A stretch of DNA of 64,000 nucleotides. Source: Meyerozyma guilliermondii. Its lineage: Eukaryota. The stretch's first letter is position 1; every line of letters begins with the position of its first letter. Below the pieces are notes generated by a model. That model ran no database searches. It saw nothing but the letters and a program-made list of their open reading frames with translations, and had not been told where the DNA came from. Positions 42,696-50,811 of the stretch are shown here, piece after piece. Position numbers and translations under genes: made by a program. Location of the stretch: assembly GCA_051546255.1 (NCBI GenBank), contig CP128818.1:1116001-1180000 (forward strand), in the 5' to 3' direction.

Positions 42696-44441
42696 CTATA
42701 CAAATGGAATGGCTGCACCATCAGCTCTCATTTCCGAGCCAGCCGCATACATCACCCTGCCGTCTGTTGAAATGTTTTTGATGATTTGTGCTCTTCCGAA
42801 AAGATGGCGATCGTAATCGCTTACAAACTGCACCGTATGGCCCAATTTTTCAAGAGAGTTTCCCACTTTTTCGTCAATGCCTTCTTCCAATGCCACAACG
42901 GTGATTGGAGTGCTTACAGGACCATCCGAGCCTCGTCCGCGGTCACTAGTGACGTCCTCATGTGAGCAAAGACAAAATCTAGGCAGGTCTATCAGCTGCT
43001 GTGGAGTCATGTTGAACAAGACCATATTCAATACATGCTGGACATGGCCCACTGGTTGCATGTATCCACCCATGTTACCAAAGCTTGCGTACAAGGCGTC
43101 GTTTTCGGTGGTTATCATCGAAGGAATAATCGTATGGTATGGTCGTTTTCCACCTTCCAATGAATTTGGAGTGCCTTTATTCAAGTTGAAATTGGCTCCT
43201 CTGCTTTGCAATGAGAACCCAAACTCGGGAACTACAATGCCAGATCCAAATCCATGGTAAACTGAGTTGATGAAGCTGCAAGCGTTACCTTCAGAGTCTG
43301 AAGTGGTCAAGTAAACTGTGTCCGATCTGTGTTTTGGATCAGGAATTCCATGAGACATGGTTGTTCCATCCAACGACTTTTCCTTGCAAAAGAGCTCTGC
43401 TCTCGACTTTAAGTATGGAGTGTCAAGGAGCTGTTCAAGTGGGATGTCGTGGAATTTGGGGTCGGTGACATACTCATCAGAATCGTAGAATCCCATTTTG
43501 CACGCTTCGATCAAGATATGAAGGTATTCCGCCGAGTTGTGTTTGAGCCCGTGCAAGTTGATTTTGCCGCTGTTGTGGAGCTCTCGTATGATTCCGAGCG
43601 CCAAAAGAGCCACCAAACCTTGGCCACTGGGCGGTATTTCCCAAACTTTGTGATTTTCAAAAACTATGGAAATCGGATCCACAACCGTAGATTCATGTAG
43701 TTCCAAGTCTTTTGCATCGAGTTTATGATTTTTGGACGTCGTTCGCTTGATAATGGCCTCGGCCACGGGACCCTTATAAAAGCCATCTTTGCCGTTTTTT
43801 GCAACCGCCAAGAAAAGTTTCGCCAATGGTTTGTTTTGCACGAAATCTCCCTCATTGGGTCCCTTACCGTTGATCAAAAGAGGATTTTGGTCTTCCAGCA
43901 AGTCCTGGTTCTGCAGCTGCAATTTTGGAGCACTTTTTCTCCACAGTCTCGAAGCTATTTCCCCGATAGGAAAGCCTTCATCTGCGAGTCTAATTGCCGG
44001 ATCGAGCACCTGTTGTAACAGCACTTTTCTCGAGCCCCACTTCTCAAAAGCATCTACCCAAGCAGCAATAGCACCCGGCACAGTGACCGAAAAGATCGAT
44101 GTTGGCTTGATTCTGTGCATTTGTTTACCACCATAATCGGCATCCAAGACGTCCTGGATCGTAACATTGCGAGCAGAACGGCCACACCCGTCTATACCGT
44201 GAACTTTTTTGTCGCCTTTTTTGTAAAAAAGAACAAAGCAGTCGCCACCGACTCCCGTGGATCCGGGTTCAGTAACACACAACGCAGCAGAAACTGCAAT
44301 GGCCGCGTCCACTGCATTTCCGCCTTTGGCCAAAACCTCGATTCCTGCAGCCGAAGCTAGTGTTTGACTCGAGGCAACAATTCCTTTGGATGAGTAGACG
44401 GTGGACCGTCTTGAAGGAAATTTTATGAATTCCGAGGACAT
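42696..44441 (-). CDS. Gamma-glutamyltranspeptidase-like Ntn-hydrolase, YwrD/HpxW subtype
   Basis: GGNAVDAAIA, EPGSTGVGGD.F, VTVPGA, autocleavage site SD-TVY, SFINS...GFGSG, KRPYHTIIP and GNMGGYMQP.GH. Confidence 0.9.
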   Translation of the reverse strand: MSSEFIKFPSRRSTVYSSKGIVASSQTLASAAGIEVLAKGGNAVDAAIAVSAALCVTEPGSTGVGGDCFVLFYKKGDKKVHGIDGCGRSARNVTIQDVLDADYGGKQMHRIKPTSIFSVTVPGAIAAWVDAFEKWGSRKVLLQQVLDPAIRLADEGFPIGEIASRLWRKSAPKLQLQNQDLLEDQNPLLINGKGPNEGDFVQNKPLAKLFLAVAKNGKDGFYKGPVAEAIIKRTTSKNHKLDAKDLELHESTVVDPISIVFENHKVWEIPPSGQGLVALLALGIIRELHNSGKINLHGLKHNSAEYLHILIEACKMGFYDSDEYVTDPKFHDIPLEQLLDTPYLKSRAELFCKEKSLDGTTMSHGIPDPKHRSDTVYLTTSDSEGNACSFINSVYHGFGSGIVVPEFGFSLQSRGANFNLNKGTPNSLEGGKRPYHTIIPSMITTENDALYASFGNMGGYMQPVGHVQHVLNMVLFNMTPQQLIDLPRFCLCSHEDVTSDRGRGSDGPVSTPITVVALEEGIDEKVGNSLEKLGHTVQFVSDYDRHLFGRAQIIKNISTDGRVMYAAGSEMRADGAAIPFV

Positions 44442-44526
44442 AAAAATGAAGTTAAAATGAAGTCAGAAGTGAAGGATGCTTTTGGCTTTTAAATTGAGGG
44501 ACGCTTCAATTTATATGAAATCACCT

Positions 44527-44566
44527 CGGCACGAGATTCCGAACATGCATTCGGAATCTCGTGCCG
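44527..44566. repeat. Perfect 17-bp inverted repeat CGGCACGAGATTCCGAA-N6-TTCGGAATCTCGTGCCG
   Basis: Arms at 44527-44543 and 44550-44566 checked base by base; each arm contains CGG-N9-CCG. Confidence 0.95.
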
Positions 44567-44600
44567 CATGCAAGTTCGGCAATTTGCGCAAACACCGATC
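44567..44600 (+). promoter_or_regulatory. Shared cluster element CATGCAAGTTCGGCAA-N12-CCGATC (copy 1)
   Basis: Matches 47503-47536 on the minus strand at 21 of 22 arm positions with identical spacing. Confidence 0.7.
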
Positions 44601-44667
44601 AATTAGTGCGCGTGGGGAAGTAAGCGTGGCTGCAAAATAAAGCCTAAGATTCGCAATTAATAGGAAA

Positions 44668-45790
44668 ATGTTCAATTGAAAAGCAAAAGTGCTGTTGAAA
44701 GAATTTGCTCTAACAAGGAGATATTGGTGCAAGATGTAAAAATAGCAATTGGGACTTGTCAAAATCGACGTCAAGACAGGTGATCGATGCGGAGAGTGCA
44801 ATACTTACTCCGGATGGTGTAGATGCTCACGTTCACTTAAGCCATTGGATCTCTTCAAATCTTGGACGACTTTAATCTGAAATATAAAGGTGTCAGGAAA
44901 GTGAGGAGACACGCTCTATTTGATTATTCATTGCATTTAGTCATATAAAATGGAGAGAGACTTGAGCAACAATTGATATTACTGGCAGGGGGGGAAGTTA
45001 GCATTAAATTGTAATGACCCCAAGTTGCAAATGAGGGATTAAATTTGAAACAGTACTCTATTATGCCCGGAAGAGAAAATGGGATATGTTCCAGGATGAT
45101 TGACTCTGGAGAACAGGGTCACACAAAACCTTATTATCGTACGGTTTCTCGTCCTTCTATTTTTGGAGAAGCAACGAACAGGCAATTGTCATGTCTGAGC
45201 AATGGATTCCCCGCTCTTCGTACATCAGAGGCTATAATGTATTTGCCGAAGCGTGTCCTTAGTATCTCCTTCTAAAGCTGAGGACTTGAAGCGGATAAAT
45301 TGTCAGATTGTTTTGAAGGTGCTAAATCCCTTTGCTCACCACCCCGCCATAGCGAAAAGGACGAGCAAGCGGTATGACGGACTAGAAGATAATTATGTTT
45401 TGTCAGATCACTGTCCTACCAAATATCACAGTGAAGATAAAAACTTTCAATACGTGCACAACGGTGAGGTCAAGTGGATCCTGATGGCTGCCCTGCTTGA
45501 AACAACTTCAGCTCTTCTCGCAAGCTCGGTAGTTTTAGAGAGAGTATTTCATGGACAAATTTGCCTTTTTATATGTTATACCCACAAAAAAGCACTTTGG
45601 AGCCGGGTGCGGACCTGTTATTGTTATTTGATCCTGATGGAACTAAGAGATGATCCCTTCCAAGAATCTGCATACTGAGGTGACTACCGCCTTTAGAGGC
45701 TTGAATCAAAATTGGCCCTTAAAGGAAATCTGGCGTATTTGTACCAGGTAAGAGTCAGTTGAACAAACAATGGATATCTGAGTGGAGACC
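44668..45790 (+). pseudogene. Degraded dihydropyrimidinase/D-hydantoinase (PYD2-like)
   Basis: Collinear fragments in shifting frames: VIDAESAILTPDGVDAHVHL (44780-44839), EQGHTKPYYRTVSRPSIFGEATNR (45111-45182), FVH, RGYNVFAEACP*YLLL (TAG at 45260), SDHCP (45403), FQYVHNG, PGAD....FDP (45603) and NWP. Ends are approximate. Confidence 0.85.
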
Positions 45791-45985
45791 ATCTTATATG
45801 AATATAAGAGTTGTGAGATTCGAGCAACTGCAAACATAGTATTGTTATTTAAAGATAATTTATTGAACTTGAAATAATAAATCTAATTCAATTAATCTAT
45901 ATATTAACTTTATTATTTTCATACAACAGACCATGCTTTAATGTTCTACATAAACCAAGAACCATATGTGCAATTTTTCTTAGGT

Positions 45986-47441
45986 CTAAAGTAAATACTT
46001 GAATGTTAAATCAGTATCTTTATGAGCCAAATTGGCATTCATTTGATCAATTTCATCAGCACTCATAGCAGCTAAAACTCTCTCCTTCTTCTTGTTCAAC
46101 AGGTAATAATTATAGATCATGAGTGAACAAAACACCAAAGCTGCACATGTCAACCCCAAAGCAACCTTCAATCCTTTGAAATAACGTGGAGCCGTATCTG
46201 CTGTGTAAATTTGGCCTGCGAGTGCACCAGCAGAATTTCCAACTGTGGTACACATACCGGCGGCTGTAGCTCTCTTATAATGTCCAGCATTGTTGTTGTT
46301 GATCCACATAACACTCAAACCTGAGCAGATGTAGATTCCTAAGCCGATCATCAAACAACCGAAATATCTGGATCCTAGCGGGTTACTAGCAATTAAAATG
46401 ATATAACCAACAATTTCACAAACCACTCCTCCAGCAATAAAGAACCCTCGATGACCTGTCTTGTCCGAAAAGTAACAGGTGCCTGCAAAACTAAAGAGTG
46501 CAACCACATAGAACGGGATCGTCATAAGCTGAGTCTTATACGAATCGTAACCCATACCAAGAATAATCGAGGGCAAGAAGGTTGATATTCCAAACAAAGT
46601 GACATCCACACAAAACTGATAGCGGCATACCAAAACGGTGTTGATATCCATCAATCCTCTAGCAACCTCAGACCACATAAATTTTTCATCTTGGTGAAAA
46701 TCAGAGTAAGTTGCCAATCGGGTGGTCAATACTTTTCTCTCTTCCTTATTGAGCCACCAAGCTTCCCTCGCGTTACGAGGAAGAAGGAACATGATCACCG
46801 GAGCTGCCAATATGGTCAAACCACCTTCCACGGCAAACAAAAACTGCCATCCGGACCATTTATCGGTATTAATTTTAGTCAACCCGTAAGCCAATAAACC
46901 TCCAAATGCTCCAGAGACGGCACCTGCAGAATAAACGGCTGCACACCTTTTTGCAACTTCTTTTTTTGTGTACAACATACTCAAGTACACATTGATGCAA
47001 GGAATTATACCTGCTTCGAAAAGTCCCACTAACATTCTGCAAGCCAAAAGGGAATGGTAATCGGTCACAAGGGCAGTACACAAGCAGCATATACCGAAAA
47101 GAAAACACAAGACTGACAAAACATACTTTGCTCCAATAAATTTGAGAATGAGTGCCAATGGTGTTTCAATTAATTATCACATAGGTGATATAAAGTAAAC
47201 TTACAACATTTCCAAATTGGTTGCCATTCAATCCCAACTCTTCACTCATACCAGCCACCTTAGCATTCCCAATATTTGCCTTGTCCAAGGTGGAGAAGAG
47301 ATAAGCTAGGCAAAGACATGGCATGATGATGAAATCAAATTTTCTTAATACTCTCTTTTCGATGTTTTTGAAGTCTTGACCTTGTTCCTCGGGTAGCTCT
47401 TCACTAACAATACTTTCAGAGAACTCCAGCTTTCCCATCAT
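45986..47441 (-). pseudogene. MFS anion:cation symporter (Tna1/Dal5 family) interrupted by a 4-bp duplication frameshift
   Basis: ORFs 47166-47441 (RKFD..IMP...LDKANIGNAK) and 45986-47158 join in frame if one AATT of AATTAATT (47168-47175) is removed, giving YITYVIIETPLA. Confidence 0.85.
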
Positions 47442-47502
47442 TTCTTTGCTGTTGTGGTCGTCATTGCACCACTGTTTTATAACTGTGAGACATGAGTTGA
47501 CA

Positions 47503-47536
47503 GATCGGCATTATGGATAGTTGCCGAACTCGCATG
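47503..47536 (-). promoter_or_regulatory. Shared cluster element CATGCGAGTTCGGCAA-N12-CCGATC (copy 2)
   Basis: Lies in the 154-bp divergent promoter between the permease and the Zn2Cys6 gene. Confidence 0.7.
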
Positions 47537-47595
47537 ATGAGCCGCACAAAATACGATAATAGATCGGTTCGCAAAATTCATTCATTGGTTTATCG

Positions 47596-49209
47596 ATGAC
47601 GAGGACATTTGCAGCGTAAGTCGTGACCACCAAACCAAACCGGGGGCCATTATTAACATATAGGTGCACCAGGTGCCACAAGTCGAAAACAAAATGTTCC
47701 GGTGAACGTCCGTCTTGCAGGTCTTGCGCTGCTCGAAATGTTCGCTGCGTCTACCTGGATAAGGATCGGAAAATTACCATAAGTGTTCGACAACTTGAGG
47801 CTTTGCAGAATAGATTACGATTTTTTGAAGATAGCCAGAGTTCTCGGCCCGAGCAATCTGACTCTACTCCTTTTTTTGAGCCGCTTCTTAGTAGCAGCAC
47901 CCAAGAATTCTTAGCCAGAGTCGCTAGTGTGATCGACCCAGATCTGGAAGTAAAATTCAATACCGGAGAACTTGACACCCCAAATATTGATGATGATGAC
48001 GATGCGACACTTCCCGCTGGCGTTGCAGTCGTGGATAATCTTAAAAAGTTTTTGGGTTTTTTGCAGTATGACTATCACTTTTTTTTATATGATGAGCTCC
48101 TATTGAACATCGATTCGATTTACTCCAACGGTATAGATCGAAATCATCCAATGGTTATCTCGCAATTCTGTCTCGTGATGGCGGTGGGATCTGTGTACGA
48201 TAAAAATGCCATTGTCACAGACGAATATCCAGGCTATCAGTACTTCAGATTGGCTCTCAAGTATCTGCACGAAGTTAACTCGAGTTTCTCCTTGATTGCA
48301 ATACAAACCCACATCCTATTTGCGTGGTACCTCCTTATCCTCAATCAGAAAGGACCTGCTTCAATTCATTGTGCGTGTGCCGTTAGAAAGGCTCTCCATA
48401 TCGGCCTTCACAAACCGCCTGAATCAAACGTCAGTCCAGTAGTAAAGGAACATAGGTTAAGAACATGGTGGACGGCATTTGTTGTGGAAACATTTTGTGT
48501 TTCGCTCTTGGGAACACCGCAGCATATAAGTGTAGACCATGTGGATGTTCCATTACCTTCAAACACCCAGCTAGGAACAGATGAGGAAGGACTCTTTTTC
48601 GACCACACTTACTTTACTTTGTACATCAAGTTGGCACTCATTACTTCGAAAATCCTCTCCACCATCTATTCCAAATCCTTCAATATCACCAAAGACATGC
48701 TGCAAATTTTGTGCTTCTTGGATAGTCTCGAGCAATTTGAAAAAGAGCTACCTGCTGCTCTTAGATCCTCACTTGAAACATTCATTATTAAGGAAAGAAA
48801 GGATCTATCATTCCTCTTGTTTTACAACCAGACGATCATTTTGGCACTGCGCCCAGTGTTTTGGTATTATTTCAATTTAGCTTCTATTGGCTCCCCAAAA
48901 TTCAATGGCACAATCTGGTCGTTGCAACCAATTGTAACAGGACTTGCTGCCGCTAAAAGCCTCATCAAAATACTGAAGTTTTGCAAGGAGAATCAATTGA
49001 TATCAAAATTAGGGTTTTACGACCCAAATCACTTGTATTCTGCCATTCTGATAGTGCTTATCAGTAACATAATGAAGGACCGGAAAGGCTTTTATGAAAT
49101 CTCAGAACCTATGTCAATTATCCAATTTCAAGCTGAAAGTGGAAATAAGGCCGCCAGGTCAATTTGGAATGACTTGAACTCATTTTTTCAAACAGCATCG
49201 ATTAAATAG
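47596..49209 (+). CDS. Zn(II)2Cys6 transcription factor with Fungal_trans domain; exons 47596-47615 and 47664-49209
   Basis: GTAAGT donor (47616), TATTAAC branch-like site, TAG acceptor (47663); the spliced product starts MTRTFAACTRCHKSKTKCSGERPSCRSC. Middle homology region IGLH...EHRLRTWWT.F. Confidence 0.88.
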
Positions 49210-49486
49210 GTATATGCTGAGAGTCTAGAATTCTCATTATGTAATGGTGAAGCTTTTGGTTTCGTAGCCCAACACTGATTCGGCTAAGATTTCAGACCAG
49301 CTAACATTGATGCTAGTGAACTCGGATTATGAGATTCCATCACCAATGACAATAAGATGAAAAGTGGAATCTGCGACTTGGGGTGGTTTTATAGTCTCTG
49401 CCGCATGAAGCCGCACTGGGGATTAGCCGGTGTATTGATGCGCTATGCGATCAAGCGCACAATTGACTTTAGTGCATCCGCGACTG

Positions 49487-50419
49487 ATGGCTCGACGCAC
49501 CCGCAGCGACGATGATGCAGATCTCCCTGTTGCCAAAGCGCCCCGGAGGCTGCTACAGCCGGAAATGATAGCGAAAATAATCCGGACGGTGCTATCACGT
49601 GAGCTCCGCGGGCAAGTGATTCGTCGAGAACACCTTCTTCAGGCAGTTTCCGGATCTCGAGTCGGATTTGACGCACTTTTGAATCTGGTTCAGGAAGAAT
49701 TGGCGGAAGTTTACGGAATGAAGTTGGTTGCGGTAGACGTAGAATCGGCTCCCCAATCGAAAAATCGGCCAAAACCGAAATATATCATGGTTAACATCCT
49801 TGCACCAGCTACTCGGTCGGTATTAGGACAATTATGGCAGCGACGAACCGGAAAAATCACCGGTCACAATCGAACGTTCCTGGACCCTCGGTTTTTGTTG
49901 CCCAGACATGGTCGAACAGGGGTGGCAGGAAGTAACCACGAGCTGGTGTTTGGAGGTGTGGCCTTTGCCGTTATCGTGCTTATCGTGGTGGGGGAAAACC
50001 ACCTTCTGGAGCAGGATCTTCATGCACGATTGCAGCAATGGGGAATTCCGAGGGAAGAAAATGCCGTTAACAGCAATTTGGAAATGGGGATTTCCGGGGT
50101 GGTGGCCGAGCTTGAGAAGCTAGGATATATCCAGAAAGACACCCCTCAATCGTACAAACTCGGAGACCGGTCAATGGCGGAATTCGGACCGAAATCCATG
50201 TTTTCTGCTATTGGATCGATTTACGGAACTGCATTTGGCCCGCAGGAACGAGAGCGTGCGTTAGTGACGGTGCTGCGGGTGTGGCCTGGTGCAGTGATTT
50301 CACCTCATATGATGTCCGAAACGGGCAGGAATGGTGATGCAGCGGCCAATGGTGATGGCGAAGGTGAAACCGAGTCAAATGAAGCATCTGCCACTAATGG
50401 TGAAGGGGTGGACACGTGA
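49487..50419 (+). CDS. NSE3: MAGE-domain Smc5/6 subunit, Nse3-like (start 49487 or 49445)
   Basis: IIR.VL.RE....IRRE, L.EVYGMKL, K.KYIMVN and GY....Y.LG.RS.AEF fit a MAGE winged-helix pattern. Confidence 0.7.
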   Translation: MARRTRSDDDADLPVAKAPRRLLQPEMIAKIIRTVLSRELRGQVIRREHLLQAVSGSRVGFDALLNLVQEELAEVYGMKLVAVDVESAPQSKNRPKPKYIMVNILAPATRSVLGQLWQRRTGKITGHNRTFLDPRFLLPRHGRTGVAGSNHELVFGGVAFAVIVLIVVGENHLLEQDLHARLQQWGIPREENAVNSNLEMGISGVVAELEKLGYIQKDTPQSYKLGDRSMAEFGPKSMFSAIGSIYGTAFGPQERERALVTVLRVWPGAVISPHMMSETGRNGDAAANGDGEGETESNEASATNGEGVDT

Positions 50420-50722
50420 CGTGGTACTGCGTCGCTCCCGTGGCCATGCAAAGGTTTTGCTGGCTTCCATGGCGGAATTTTCCGTCGGAATCAACGCGGA
50501 ATTTTCTCCTTGGCCCCCCGCGTTTGTCCATATCACATGCCGTACGTCAAAATCATAAGACGCTCCTGCAGGCGCGCTCGCATATAATCTCGACGACCGC
50601 AAACCGTTGCAAATAACCTTAGTTCCACCACTTTCGAAACAGCCAGAAAAAAATCTGCATTTTTCTATACAGCTTGCGTTCCACACTGTTATAGAACTTT
50701 ATATTGACTCCTAGTTCAGTTA

Positions 50723-50729
50723 TCGTATA
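50723..50729. promoter_or_regulatory. Upc2 SRE TCGTATA upstream of NCP1
   Basis: Exact motif about 85 bp upstream of the ATG. Confidence 0.6.
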
Positions 50730-50811
50730 GTGAAACCTGGCTTTTGTCACTTTTTTTTGATCCACCTTTCACGTCATTTTTTTCGTTTTTTGATAGTTTG
50801 ACCCCAACCTA

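Noticed and set aside
42480..42700. LTR or retrotransposon next to the tRNA
   Set aside because: Flanks are under 100 bp with no TG...CA LTR; no transposase or reverse-transcriptase motifs were seen in the window.
45253..45678. 141-aa ORF as a stand-alone gene
   Set aside because: Starts at GTG and is one frame segment of the hydantoinase pseudogene (contains SDHCP and FQYVHNG).
45986..47441. Two separate membrane proteins, or an intron joining them
   Set aside because: The halves are complementary parts of one MFS protein only 7 bp apart, with no room or signals for an intron.
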